From contig JBMSAP010000018.1 in NCBI GenBank assembly GCA_049414445.1, positions 1 through 59,790 on the forward strand: a stretch of 59,790 nt of DNA, written 5' to 3'. A program made the translations under genes and the position numbers. The notes under the pieces are model-generated. The model was given only the letters and a program-made list of their open reading frames with translations. It was not told where the DNA came from and ran no database searches. Of this stretch, positions 36,949 to 45,776 are shown one piece after another (the first letter of the stretch is position 1; the number at the start of each line of letters is the position of its first letter). The stretch is from Candidatus Caldipriscus sp. (lineage in GTDB: Bacteria; Hydrothermota; Hydrothermia; LBFQ01).

Positions 36949-37613
36949 TTTTCACCTCCGTATTTATAAATCGCGGGCCTTACGAACACGAACCCACCCT
37001 TATGACTCGGAACCCCACCTTTTACCAAGATTATGTCGTACTCCGGTAGTATCCTTACAAGCTCCAGATTGAGGATGGTAACGGTCTCGTTCCCGTAGTG
37101 TCCAGCCATCTTTTTACCCTTCCAAACCTTCGCGGGAAAGGTGTGCTGACCTATTGAACCGGGCCTCCTATGAAACTTTGAACCGTGGGCGGCGGGTCCA
37201 CCCGAGAAGTCCCACCTCTTCACCACACCCGCAAATCCCCTACCCTTAGTTTTCCCCTGAACATCCACCAGATCTATACCGTTAAAGAGCTCAGCCTTTA
37301 AACTTGAACCTACGGGGAATTTTTCCAAATTATCCGTTTTAACTTCGTAAAATTTGGTAGGGTAAAGTTCCCTCTCCCCAAGGTGCTTCTTTACAAAACC
37401 CAAGATGGGCTTTGAAATCTTATGAACGGGCTTAAAGAAATACCCAACCACAAGGGCATTATAACCATCTTTCTCCTTGATTCTATGCGAAACCACAACG
37501 TTTTCAACCACCTGCAGGACGGACACCCCTACGGGCACCTCAAGAACTCCATCCTCCCTCTTAATGAAGACCTGCGTCATCCCTATTTTCCTTGCCAAAA
37601 CCCTCATTTTCAA
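36945..37613 (-). CDS. rplC: 50S ribosomal protein L3
   Basis: KIGMTQVF motif and FAGVVKRW; conserved gene order. Confidence 0.9.
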   Translation of the reverse strand: MKMRVLARKIGMTQVFIKREDGVLEVPVGVSVLQVVENVVVSHRIKEKDGYNALVVGYFFKPVHKISKPILGFVKKHLGERELYPTKFYEVKTDNLEKFPVGSSLKAELFNGIDLVDVQGKTKGRGFAGVVKRWDFSGGPAAHGSKFHRRPGSIGQHTFPAKVWKGKKMAGHYGNETVTILNLELVRILPEYDIILVKGGVPSHKGGFVFVRPAIYKYGGEK

Positions 37614-37616
37614 CCC

Positions 37617-37922
37617 CTATATTATTGATACCTTAACATCCACGCCGGGAGGAACATCTATTTGTGAGATCTTATCCATGGTTTCGGGGGTGGCGTTTGA
37701 GATCTCTATTAATCTGGCATGCCTCTTTAGGATGAAGTGTTCCTGTCCCCTCTTGTCTATATGTGGACCCCTTATTACCGCAAATAGGGTCCTCTTGGTG
37801 GGAAGGGGGATCGGCCCGGATACCGTTGCCCCCGTACTCCTTGCGGTCACCGCAATTTGCTTAGCAAACCTATCAAGGACAGCGGGATCAAAGGACTTTA
37901 TTTTTAGCCTAATTTTTTCCAT
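37617..37922 (-). CDS. rpsJ: 30S ribosomal protein S10
   Basis: 101 aa with IRLKIKSFD..GPIPLPT motifs. Confidence 0.9.
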   Translation of the reverse strand: MEKIRLKIKSFDPAVLDRFAKQIAVTARSTGATVSGPIPLPTKRTLFAVIRGPHIDKRGQEHFILKRHARLIEISNATPETMDKISQIDVPPGVDVKVSII

Positions 37923-39139
37923 CAGTCAAGGATTTCCGTTATTATTCCGGCTCCAACCGTCCTACCGCCCTCGCGTATCGCGAACCTCAACCCCTTCTCT
38001 ATGGCGACGGGATATATGAGCTCCACCTCCATTTGGACGTTATCTCCAGGCATCGCCATCTCCCTCCCGTCCGCCAACTTTATGGTTCCCGTGACGTCGG
38101 TTGTCCTGAAGTAGAACTGGGGCCTATAACCGTTGAAGAAGGGCGTGCTCCTTCCCCCTTCCTCCTTCTTGAGGATATAGACTTCCGCCCTGAATTTCCT
38201 GTGGGGCTTTATGGATCCGGGCTTCGCCAAAACCATACCCCTCTCCACATCGTCTTTGCTCACACCCCTCAGGAGGGCTCCTATGTTGTCACCCGGAATG
38301 GCTTCGTCCAGAACCTTGCGGAACATCTCTATGGAGGTAACCACCGTCTTTATCGGTTCATCCCTAAATCCGACTATCTCAGCCTCGTCGCCGGGCTTGA
38401 TTATTCCCCTTTCCACCCTACCTGTTACCACCGTTCCACGCCCCGTTATGCTGAATACATCCTCAATCGACATAAGGAATGGTTTATCGATCTCCCTAAC
38501 CGGTTCGGGTATGTACTCGTCCAACGCCTCAACGAGATTCAGGATAGCTCCCGCGCCTATGGGGTCATCGAAGTTTGAGGGGTTCTGAAGGGCCCTGAGG
38601 GCTGAACCCCTTATTACGGGAACCTCATCCCCGGGGTAGCCGTACTGGTTCAAAAGGTCCCTAACCTCAAGCTCTACGAGGTCAAGGAGTTCGGGATCAT
38701 CCACCAGATCCACCTTGTTGATGAATACAACTATGGCGGGTACGTTTACCTGACGGGCGAGGAGAACGTGCTCCCTCGTCTGGGGCATTACGGAATCCAC
38801 CGCTGACACCACCAAAATGGCGCCGTCCATCTGCGCGGCGCCGGTTATCATATTCTTAATATAATCCGCGTGGCCCGGGCAGTCTATGTGGGCGTAGTGA
38901 TACTTATCCGACTCGTACTCCACGTGGGCGATGTTTATGGTGAGGATCTTCGTCTCATCCTTCCTAGCTATCTTCGCGTCCGCCTTGGCAACCTCATCAT
39001 AACTTTTAGCCTGTGCCATACCCTTTGCGGCCAAAACGTGCGTGATAGCCGCGGTTAAGGTCGTTTTTCCGTGGTCTATGTGCCCTATGGTTCCCACGTT
39101 CTTATGCGGTTTTGTTCTTAAAAACTTCTCCTTAGCCAT
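37922..39139 (-). CDS. tuf: elongation factor Tu
   Basis: Start set at [12 protein letters not shown] (ATG 39139), with GGAGG 7 nt upstream. GHIDHGKTT and DCPGH motifs are present. The ORF-track N-terminal extension is antisense-free read-through of tRNA-Gln. Confidence 0.95.
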   Translation of the reverse strand: MAKEKFLRTKPHKNVGTIGHIDHGKTTLTAAITHVLAAKGMAQAKSYDEVAKADAKIARKDETKILTINIAHVEYESDKYHYAHIDCPGHADYIKNMITGAAQMDGAILVVSAVDSVMPQTREHVLLARQVNVPAIVVFINKVDLVDDPELLDLVELEVRDLLNQYGYPGDEVPVIRGSALRALQNPSNFDDPIGAGAILNLVEALDEYIPEPVREIDKPFLMSIEDVFSITGRGTVVTGRVERGIIKPGDEAEIVGFRDEPIKTVVTSIEMFRKVLDEAIPGDNIGALLRGVSKDDVERGMVLAKPGSIKPHRKFRAEVYILKKEEGGRSTPFFNGYRPQFYFRTTDVTGTIKLADGREMAMPGDNVQMEVELIYPVAIEKGLRFAIREGGRTVGAGIITEILD

Positions 39140-39157
39140 CCCTTTACCTCCTTTAAA

Positions 39158-39229
39158 CTGCGGGGCAGGGACTCGAACCCCGATCTCCTGATCCAGAGTC
39201 AGGCGTGTTGCCAATTACACCACCCCGCA
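39158..39229 (-). tRNA. tRNA-Gln (anticodon CUG)
   Basis: Hand-folded 72-nt cloverleaf: acceptor TGCGGGG/CCCCGCA with U1:A72, anticodon loop CTCTGGA, T-loop TTCGAGT, discriminator G. It ends 18 nt before the tuf ATG. Confidence 0.85.
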
Positions 39230-39245
39230 GAAAAGTTGAGCGGAT

Positions 39246-39251
39246 ATTATA
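39246..39251 (-). promoter_or_regulatory. -10-like box TATAAT, 16 nt upstream of the tRNA-Gln 5' end (start of the tRNA-tuf-S10 unit)
   Basis: The minus strand reads ccTTATAATatccgctcaacttttc, then the tRNA. Confidence 0.45.
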
Positions 39252-39269
39252 AGGGTGAAAAATCGTCCG

Positions 39270-39275
39270 TATAAT
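39270..39275 (+). promoter_or_regulatory. -10-like box TATAAT, 8 nt upstream of the asparaginase ATG
   Basis: The sequence reads ccgTATAATatttaccgATG. Confidence 0.5.
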
Positions 39276-39283
39276 ATTTACCG

Positions 39284-40210
39284 ATGTTTGCGATGGTGGT
39301 GCATGGGGGCGCGGGGAGGTGGGATGGGGAGAAACTTAAATATGCCAAGGATGTTCTACTCCAATCTGCCGAAAGGGGAATTGAGGTTCTAACCGGTGGG
39401 GGAAGCCCTTTGGATGCGGTGGAGGAGGCAATAAAGATCCTTGAGGATGACCCGATCTTTAACGCGGGAACGGGAAGCGTGCTCAGCATAGACGGGAATG
39501 TGGAAATGGATGCGTGCATAATAAACGATGAACCCTTTGTTTTGGGAGCAGTAATAGGGGTAAGGAGGGTGAAAAACCCTATCTCCCTTGCGAGGTTAGT
39601 CGCGGAAAAAACTTCTCACCATATAATGTACGGTGATGGGGCGGAAAATTTGGCGGAAATTTTTAACTTACCCTTTGCGGATGTGATAACCGAAAGTTCA
39701 AGGAAAAGGCTTGAGAAGGTAAAAAGGGGGATTTTTGATGGAGAAGTTGAGTTTTCCAAATTTTTGGAGAAGACGGTGAAACTTCTAAAGGAACACCCGG
39801 AGATGTTTATGGGAACCGTGGGGGCGGTCGCAACGGACGGAAATGCGGTATGCGCAGGTACCTCAACGGGGGGAACAACCCTAAAGCTACCCGGTAGGGT
39901 CGGGGATACTCCGATACCGGGGGCGGGAACTTGGGCGGAAAAAGGGGTAGGCGCTTCCGCGACTGGTATAGGGGAAGGGATAATAAGAGGCCTATTAACA
40001 AAGAGGTTTTGCGACCTCGTGATTATGGGTATGAAACCCGAGACCGCAGCAAGGGCTGTTTTGGACCTTACGGATTACCCGGTTGGTATAATAGGGCTTG
40101 ATAGGTCCGGAAGGGTGGGGGTGGCGCATAACACACCATATATGCCCTCGGTTTATATTGCGGTTAAGGGTAAGGAAAGGGAGGTTAGGTTCTATGGTAT
40201 ATCACTTTGA
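39284..40210 (+). CDS. isoaspartyl peptidase / L-asparaginase (Ntn hydrolase)
   Basis: HGGAG N-terminus, DPIFNAGTGS and the autoprocessing site GTVGAVA. Confidence 0.85.
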   Translation: MFAMVVHGGAGRWDGEKLKYAKDVLLQSAERGIEVLTGGGSPLDAVEEAIKILEDDPIFNAGTGSVLSIDGNVEMDACIINDEPFVLGAVIGVRRVKNPISLARLVAEKTSHHIMYGDGAENLAEIFNLPFADVITESSRKRLEKVKRGIFDGEVEFSKFLEKTVKLLKEHPEMFMGTVGAVATDGNAVCAGTSTGGTTLKLPGRVGDTPIPGAGTWAEKGVGASATGIGEGIIRGLLTKRFCDLVIMGMKPETAARAVLDLTDYPVGIIGLDRSGRVGVAHNTPYMPSVYIAVKGKEREVRFYGISL

Positions 40211-40217
40211 GGGAAAG

Positions 40218-40628
40218 ATGAAGGTTTTGGTTTTGGATGAGAGGGTTTATAAGGGGAAAATGCGCCTTTACTTATGCGCCTCGGAAAATTTCGGTTTAAT
40301 AAAGGTGGTGGGTAAAGGGCTTTACCTTTTTGGGGTTTTTGAGATTTTCGCAAAAAGAAGTAGGACCTTGTATTACCTAGAGGAGGCAAAACCTCTTTAC
40401 GATTACAGGCATATGCTTAGGAACCCAGCTGTCCTTGAAGCATACTCAAAGATCTACGAAAAAATCAAGTACATTGATGAAATAGAGGATGAGAGGTTTT
40501 ATCCAAGTATAATAAGTATATTTGAAAGGCTTAAGAAGGAACCTAACGGCTTTTCCAAAAAGCTCATGCAAACCTTACAGAACGCTCAGGATCTGGAAGA
40601 TATGTTTAAGGTCCTGGAGGGGATATGA
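40218..40628 (+). CDS. hypothetical protein, weakly RecO-N-terminal-like (OB-fold only)
   Basis: 136 aa from ATG 40218, which has the purine-rich GAGGGAAAG immediately upstream. MKVLVLDERVYKGKMRLYL..IKVVGKG resembles a RecO OB-fold N-terminus. No zinc-finger half is present. Confidence 0.25.
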   Translation: MKVLVLDERVYKGKMRLYLCASENFGLIKVVGKGLYLFGVFEIFAKRSRTLYYLEEAKPLYDYRHMLRNPAVLEAYSKIYEKIKYIDEIEDERFYPSIISIFERLKKEPNGFSKKLMQTLQNAQDLEDMFKVLEGI

Positions 40629-41521
40629 GGGCTTTTGCTTTTCCCGGGCAAGGTAGTCAATACGTGGGTATGGGTTTGGAGATTTACGAGAGGTACGATT
40701 TTGTTAGGGAAATTTACGAGGAGGCGGAAAGAATTTCGGGAAAGCCTATAAAGAAGCTCTCCTTCGAGGGTCCCGAGGAGGATCTTACAAGAACCGAGAA
40801 CACGCAACCCGCCATATTTGTCTATTCCATCGCCTTGCTTGAGGTTTTGAAAAGGAAAGGGATAGAAGCGAATGTGGTTTTTGGGCACAGCCTCGGGGAA
40901 TTTTCCGCCCTTTACAGCGCGGGCGTCTTTTCCTTTGAGACAACCCTTAAGCTGGTCGTAAAGAGGGGGGAGCTTATGGGGAGGGCGAAGGGCGGTAAGA
41001 TGGTTGCGGTGATAGGAAAGGATGCATACAAAAGGGCAGAGGAAGTTATGAAGGAGTTGAACCCACAAAAAACCGTAATAGCTAACATAAATTCTCCAAT
41101 ACAGGTTGTAATATCTGGTGATGAAAGGGAGGTGGATGAAATCGTTGAAAGAATAAAAAGTATGGCAAAGGATCTTAGGTTGATACCCTTAAAGGTCTCC
41201 ACCGCCTTTCACTCACCCCTTATGGACGAAGCGTCTACGGAATTCTCTGAAATACTGGAAAATGTGGAGTTTATGGAACCAAAGGTACCCATAATTATGA
41301 ATTCAACGGGAAAGATAGCAAAAAGTTCAAAAGAGGTTTATAATGCCCTTAAGGTCCAGCTTAGATCCCCAGTTTTATTTGTTGATATGATAAATACTGC
41401 TATTGAGTTTGGGGTGGATGAGGCTTGGGAGGTTGGACCAAAGAAAGTACTTTGTGGTTTGATCTCCCAGATAACCGATAAAATAAAAACATTCTCTGGG
41501 GAGGAATATGTCAAGGTTTAA
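40625..41521 (+). CDS. fabD: malonyl CoA-ACP transacylase
   Basis: FPGQGSQYVGMG and the GHSLGEFSAL active-site motif. Confidence 0.9.
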   Translation: MRAFAFPGQGSQYVGMGLEIYERYDFVREIYEEAERISGKPIKKLSFEGPEEDLTRTENTQPAIFVYSIALLEVLKRKGIEANVVFGHSLGEFSALYSAGVFSFETTLKLVVKRGELMGRAKGGKMVAVIGKDAYKRAEEVMKELNPQKTVIANINSPIQVVISGDEREVDEIVERIKSMAKDLRLIPLKVSTAFHSPLMDEASTEFSEILENVEFMEPKVPIIMNSTGKIAKSSKEVYNALKVQLRSPVLFVDMINTAIEFGVDEAWEVGPKKVLCGLISQITDKIKTFSGEEYVKV

Positions 41522-41987
41522 AAAGGCGGTGGTTGGAATACTTATAAGGGATTCTTCTATTCTCCTTGTAAGAAGGTCAATGGCTTTATCCCAGCATGCG
41601 GGGGAAATAGGACTTCCCGGTGGTATGATGAAAGCCTATGAATCAAAGCTTTCAACCCTGTATAGGGAGCTGAAAGAGGAGCTCGGTTTGGATCCGGAAA
41701 AATACAAGGTGGTGGGGGAGCTTAAAGATGTGACCACCGCCTTCACAAGGATAAGGATCTTTCCCTTTGTTGCAATTTTAAGGTACCACACGGAAATCGT
41801 TCCATCGGAAGAGATAGAAAGCTTCTCTTTCGTCCCCCTAACTTCCCTGAGGCCATTAATTTATTCGGATAGGGTTGAGACGGAGCTTGGGACACTTTGG
41901 GGGGCAACCGCTAGGATTATCAGAAACCTCTTCCTTGAGGGTAGAAATTTCCTACCCGAGCTATCGGATATTATTCCCAACCTTTAA
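41508..41987 (+). CDS. NUDIX hydrolase (CoA pyrophosphatase-like)
   Basis: Nudix box GLPGGMMKAYESKLSTLYRELKEELGL. Confidence 0.75.
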   Translation: MSRFKKAVVGILIRDSSILLVRRSMALSQHAGEIGLPGGMMKAYESKLSTLYRELKEELGLDPEKYKVVGELKDVTTAFTRIRIFPFVAILRYHTEIVPSEEIESFSFVPLTSLRPLIYSDRVETELGTLWGATARIIRNLFLEGRNFLPELSDIIPNL

Positions 41988-43347
41988 CCATATAACCCCT
42001 ACCCCTTAAGGAGTCTATTAGGGGTCCAAGGGCTTTTAAGGTATTTCTCCTCTCGTGCAAAAGGATTATTGAACCGGGCTTAACCTGCCTTAAAATGTTG
42101 GAAATCAACAGGGGTTTTGGATGGTTTTTCCAATCCTCCGAATCATCGTTCCAGAGGATCACCTTCATTCCCAAAACCCTAACCACGGAATCCATAGCCC
42201 TTGAGTATCTCCCGTAAGGAGGCCTAAAAAAGATCACCTTTTCCCCCGTGATCCTCTCTATAAGCTTGTTTGTGCTATCTATCTCCTTATAAACCCTATC
42301 AAAATTCCAAAGGAACATAAGGGGAGAGTGGGAATACGAATGGTTTCCTATCATGTGCCCCCTCCTGTGGATCTCCTTTACAAGATTCGGGTGGATTTCA
42401 ACATTTCTCCCCACCAAAAAGAATATCGCCTTCACCCCGTACTTATCAAGCGTATCAAGGATCTGCAAAGTATATTTTCCGGGACCGTCGTCAAAGGTGA
42501 TAAGAACATCCCTTCCCCTTTCAAATATTATATAATCCCTTTTGGGAATTTTGTACGCTAAGGCTTCGTAAAGGAATAGGAGAAAAGCAAGAAAAATTAT
42601 TGAAAAACCGAAGATGGGATTGGGGGAAAACCTCCCAACTTCCCTTATAGGTTTCAAACTTTTAAGGAAGGGCTTTTTGAAAACGTTCAGGTAGAAGTAA
42701 TTTAGGAGTATGTAAAGGAAAACGGATTTAAAGAAACCTTCCCTAAACCTCCTGCTTGATGTGATAACCGGGTTGTTTATTGTTTTAACCTTTCCAAGTT
42801 TTTTTAACCTATTTCCCAGATCTATGTCTTCCCCCGTTCCCAAATCCGTCCTAAATCCACCTACCTTATAAAAATATTCCCTCCTAACCGCAAAGTTCCC
42901 CCCCGAAAAGCTATAATTACCCCTAATTAAAGTTTCAATTCTCCACACCAAGGGGGATATGATTTTAAAAAGGAGGGATGTAAAATTGAAAACCTCCTTA
43001 AAATAAACCGGACCGTTTAAGGCTATAACTTCCGGATCCTTTTCAAATTCTTCAACATATTTTCTTATCCAATCCCTTGGGACGACGCAGTCTGCATCTG
43101 TTGAAATTATTATTTCACCTTGCGCATTTGTGAATCCCTTTTGCCTTGCGTGGGCGACGCCCTTTTCGTTTTCTATTAGAATTTTTACGGGATACTTTTT
43201 TAAAATTTCTAACGTTCCGTCCGTTGAGTTGTTATCCACGAATATTATTTCATACTCCCCGTTATAGTCCTGATCCAAGAGACTTTTTATGAGGTTCTCA
43301 ACGAAGTTCTCTTCGTCATAAGTTGGAATAACAACCGATACTTTCAT
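41971..43347 (-). CDS. bifunctional glycosyltransferase family 2 / polysaccharide deacetylase (CE4, NodB) fusion
   Basis: N-terminal GT2 (VSVVIPTYDEE, TDADC), two central TM helices, and a C-terminal NodB domain (TFDDGP, HSYSH). Confidence 0.8.
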   Translation of the reverse strand: MKVSVVIPTYDEENFVENLIKSLLDQDYNGEYEIIFVDNNSTDGTLEILKKYPVKILIENEKGVAHARQKGFTNAQGEIIISTDADCVVPRDWIRKYVEEFEKDPEVIALNGPVYFKEVFNFTSLLFKIISPLVWRIETLIRGNYSFSGGNFAVRREYFYKVGGFRTDLGTGEDIDLGNRLKKLGKVKTINNPVITSSRRFREGFFKSVFLYILLNYFYLNVFKKPFLKSLKPIREVGRFSPNPIFGFSIIFLAFLLFLYEALAYKIPKRDYIIFERGRDVLITFDDGPGKYTLQILDTLDKYGVKAIFFLVGRNVEIHPNLVKEIHRRGHMIGNHSYSHSPLMFLWNFDRVYKEIDSTNKLIERITGEKVIFFRPPYGRYSRAMDSVVRVLGMKVILWNDDSEDWKNHPKPLLISNILRQVKPGSIILLHERRNTLKALGPLIDSLRGRGYMVKGWE

Positions 43348-43892
43348 ATAAACCTATCTAAGCTCCTATAAAATAACTCTTGTCCCCTTTCAAAGCCGTA
43401 ATAAAAATCTCCCTTGTCGGCAAAGTTCTCGTATATGTAAAGCCCGAAGTTAATATGCTTTTCTTCTTTCATGTGCTCATCAAAGTAAGTCAGATCGCTT
43501 TCTTTAAAGTTATAGAATTTTATCAAGCACTCTTTCTTAAATTTTGCAATTTCGGGCTGCTGGACCTCAAAGGAATGAAGAGCGCCAAGCAATTGGGAAG
43601 GATTCATACCGTTCAGATGCGAGATTAAATCATCCAAAGTTGGATACTTTTCGGGTTTTTCAAGGTTTTCAATCCATTTTCTCCAAAGTAATACATGTTC
43701 TTCCTCTTCCTGAACGATCCAAGTATCTGAAATTGAAAACCCGTCCAAAACCCTCTGCCAATAGCGCGGTATATTTTCTATTAGATCAAGATAGGAATGG
43801 GCATATTCGGAAAGCTTTTGGATAGAAACTTCGCCATTTTCCCATGCCTTATAGAAAGGGTGTTCCCTTAATCTAAACTTTAGCTCAAACAT
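43344..43892 (-). CDS. CADD/CT610-like heme-oxygenase-like di-iron protein (candidate p-aminobenzoate synthase; PqqC/TenA superfamily)
   Basis: EHPFYKAWENGEVSIQKLSEYAHSY, EEEEHVLLW, ALHSFEVQQPEIA and YFDEHMKEEKH match CADD-family ligand regions as I recall them. Start set at ATG 43892 (TATAAT lies 7 nt upstream). The ORF-track GTG at 43961 remains an alternative. Confidence 0.55.
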   Translation of the reverse strand: MFELKFRLREHPFYKAWENGEVSIQKLSEYAHSYLDLIENIPRYWQRVLDGFSISDTWIVQEEEEHVLLWRKWIENLEKPEKYPTLDDLISHLNGMNPSQLLGALHSFEVQQPEIAKFKKECLIKFYNFKESDLTYFDEHMKEEKHINFGLYIYENFADKGDFYYGFERGQELFYRSLDRFI

Positions 43893-43899
43893 ATTGGGT

Positions 43900-43905
43900 A
43901 TTATA
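43900..43905 (-). promoter_or_regulatory. -10-like box TATAAT, 7 nt upstream of the internal ATG 43892 of the CADD-like ORF
   Basis: The minus strand reads ggctaTATAATacccaatATG. Confidence 0.4.
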
Positions 43906-43983
43906 TAGCCGCAGGACAATCCTTTGGGATAATGCGGTCCGCATTCATAAATCTCCACCACCGATACCTTCCCAGTTTAGAAT

Positions 43984-43989
43984 TACAAT
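43984..43989 (+). promoter_or_regulatory. -10-like box TACAAT, 6 nt upstream of photolyase ATG (alternative TAGAAT at 43978-43983)
   Basis: The sequence reads tTAGAATTACAATtccgaaATG. Confidence 0.35.
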
Positions 43990-43995
43990 TCCGAA

Positions 43996-45375
43996 ATGGA
44001 TTTTAGCCTAAGTCCCGAATTTAAAGGAAGGGTTAAAGCTTTAAATGATGGAAAGTTTAACAAAAATGGTAAATTCGTAATATATTGGATGTCCCAAAGT
44101 CACAGGGCAAACTTCAACCATAGCCTTGAATTTGCGATAGAGCTATCAAACGCCTACAGAAAACCCCTATTGGTCTATTTCCCTATCACGGACAGGTATA
44201 AGTATTCAAACGCACGATATTACAAATTTATGTTGGATGGGATTTTGGAGGCCAAAAAATCCATAGAGGAAAGGGGAATAAAGTTTGTCATAGAAAAGGT
44301 GGATGATATCAAACAGAGGGTCGTAGAAATTTCAAGGGATGCTTTCGCCTTAATTACGGATAAAGCATACTTAAAGTTTTATAGAAGGCTCAACCGATAT
44401 GTGGCAGAAAAATTGGATATACCGGTCTATGAGGTGGAATCCGACGTTTGCGTTCCCGTTGAAGTAGCATCCGATAGACTTGAGCCTTACGCTTTCGGTC
44501 TTAGAAAAAAGATTTATAGCATAATGGATGCATTTATTGTTGAATTGAAGCCGAGAGAGGTAAAGATCAAATCGGTTAGCCTTGATTTTGGAATAGGGGA
44601 GCTAACTCTAAAGGATTCTCTGGAGATTTTAGATATCCTCAACATAGATAAAAGCGTTAGCTTATCCCCTTTCGTCGGTGGTTATAGTCAAGCAAGAAAA
44701 TACTTAGAAGAGTTCATAGAGAGGAAACTTCACAAATACAAAGATTTTAGATCCCATCCGGAGCTTGATTACCAATCAAACCTTAGCCCCTATTTGCACT
44801 TTGGACAGATCTCGCCTATAGAAGTTGTCCTTGAGGTTTTATCAAAGTACGGTAAGGATGAGAACGTGGATAGCTTTTTTAACGAGCTGATAGTTTGGAG
44901 AGAACTTGCCAGGAACTTTTGCTATTACAATCCAAACTATAACCATTACGAGGGAATTCCAGATTGGGCTAAAGAGACTCTGGAAGAACACAAAAAGGAC
45001 AGGAGGGAGTATATCTATACCCTTGAAGAGCTTGAAAACGCAAAAACCCACGATGAATATTGGAATGCGGCACAGTTAGAACTCTTAAAAACAGGAAAGA
45101 TGCACAACTACATGAGGATGTATTGGTGTAAGAAGATCATTGAATGGACGGATGACCCAAAGCAAGCCTTTGATATAGCCTGTTATTTGAACGATAAGTA
45201 TGAGCTTGATGGGAGGGATCCCAACGGATATGCGGGAATATCTTGGTGTTTTGGAACTCACGACAGACCTTGGAAAGAAAGAAAAATCTTTGGGAAGGTT
45301 AGATATATGAGCGCATCGGGCTTAGAAGCAAAGTTTGATATTAAAAAGTACGTAGAGAAGGTAAAGAGGTTATAA
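43996..45375 (+). CDS. phr: deoxyribodipyrimidine photolyase, class II type
   Basis: 459 aa. The C-terminal FAD-binding region has WRELARNF and MHNYMRMYWCKKIIEW, typical of class II CPD photolyases. Confidence 0.75.
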   Translation: MDFSLSPEFKGRVKALNDGKFNKNGKFVIYWMSQSHRANFNHSLEFAIELSNAYRKPLLVYFPITDRYKYSNARYYKFMLDGILEAKKSIEERGIKFVIEKVDDIKQRVVEISRDAFALITDKAYLKFYRRLNRYVAEKLDIPVYEVESDVCVPVEVASDRLEPYAFGLRKKIYSIMDAFIVELKPREVKIKSVSLDFGIGELTLKDSLEILDILNIDKSVSLSPFVGGYSQARKYLEEFIERKLHKYKDFRSHPELDYQSNLSPYLHFGQISPIEVVLEVLSKYGKDENVDSFFNELIVWRELARNFCYYNPNYNHYEGIPDWAKETLEEHKKDRREYIYTLEELENAKTHDEYWNAAQLELLKTGKMHNYMRMYWCKKIIEWTDDPKQAFDIACYLNDKYELDGRDPNGYAGISWCFGTHDRPWKERKIFGKVRYMSASGLEAKFDIKKYVEKVKRL

Positions 45376-45381
45376 CCCCGT

Positions 45382-45387
45382 TATAAT
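45382..45387 (+). promoter_or_regulatory. -10-like box TATAAT, 8 nt upstream of the NuoC-like ATG
   Basis: The sequence reads cgTTATAATatccgaatATG, 7 nt after the photolyase stop. Confidence 0.5.
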
Positions 45388-45395
45388 ATCCGAAT

Positions 45396-45776
45396 ATGAA
45401 CGAGCTTAGGATCGGGATGGATGAGCTTAGAAAGAAAGCTCTGGAAGTTAAGGAAAGCGGATATACTTACTTTTCCTTTATGACAGCGGTTGATAATGGG
45501 AGCAATTTAACCCTATATTACAGGCTTGCGAATTTGGAGAACAACTCGGAGGTTTGGCTCGTGGTTGAGAATGTACCTTACGGGGCGGAGGTTCCATCCC
45601 TTTACGATATATTTGAGGGGGCGGATTGGCACGAGAGGGAATGCTATGACCTCTTTGGTGTCAAGTTTTCAAACCATCCAAATTTAAAGAGGATCCTGCT
45701 CCCGGAGGATTACGAGGGACATCCCCTCCTGAAGTCCTTCCCTATAGATGCTCCATATAAGGATTACAGGGACTGA
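45396..45776 (+). CDS. NuoC-like protein (complex I 30-kDa subunit family), stand-alone
   Basis: 126 aa with the WHERECYDLFGVKFSNHPNLKRILLPEDYEGHPLLKSFP signature of NuoC/NdhJ. Confidence 0.7.
   Translation: MNELRIGMDELRKKALEVKESGYTYFSFMTAVDNGSNLTLYYRLANLENNSEVWLVVENVPYGAEVPSLYDIFEGADWHERECYDLFGVKFSNHPNLKRILLPEDYEGHPLLKSFPIDAPYKDYRD

Noticed and set aside
37477-38588. Long plus-strand ORFs (37477..38019, 38033..38578, 38211..38588) antisense to L3, S10 and tuf
   Set aside because: They span boundaries of highly conserved genes on the other strand and have odd composition. They are explained by purine loading of the true coding strand.
39140-39214. 25-codon N-terminal extension of the tuf ORF in the track
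   Set aside because: The extension is a translation through tRNA-Gln. A canonical MAKEKF start with GGAGG 7 nt upstream lies at 39139.
40098-40217. Upstream part of ORF 40098..40628 overlapping the asparaginase gene
   Set aside because: It overlaps the conserved C-terminus of the asparaginase in another frame, and the purine-rich GAGGGAAAG lies immediately upstream of the downstream ATG (40218).
43893-43961. GTG start at 43961 for the CADD-like ORF (ORF-track coordinates)
   Set aside because: It is not excluded, since GGAAGG lies upstream. It would leave only 34 nt for two divergent promoters, and the extra 23 residues (G/P/C-rich) lie outside the family core. The TATAAT-N7-ATG at 43892 fits the window-wide pattern.
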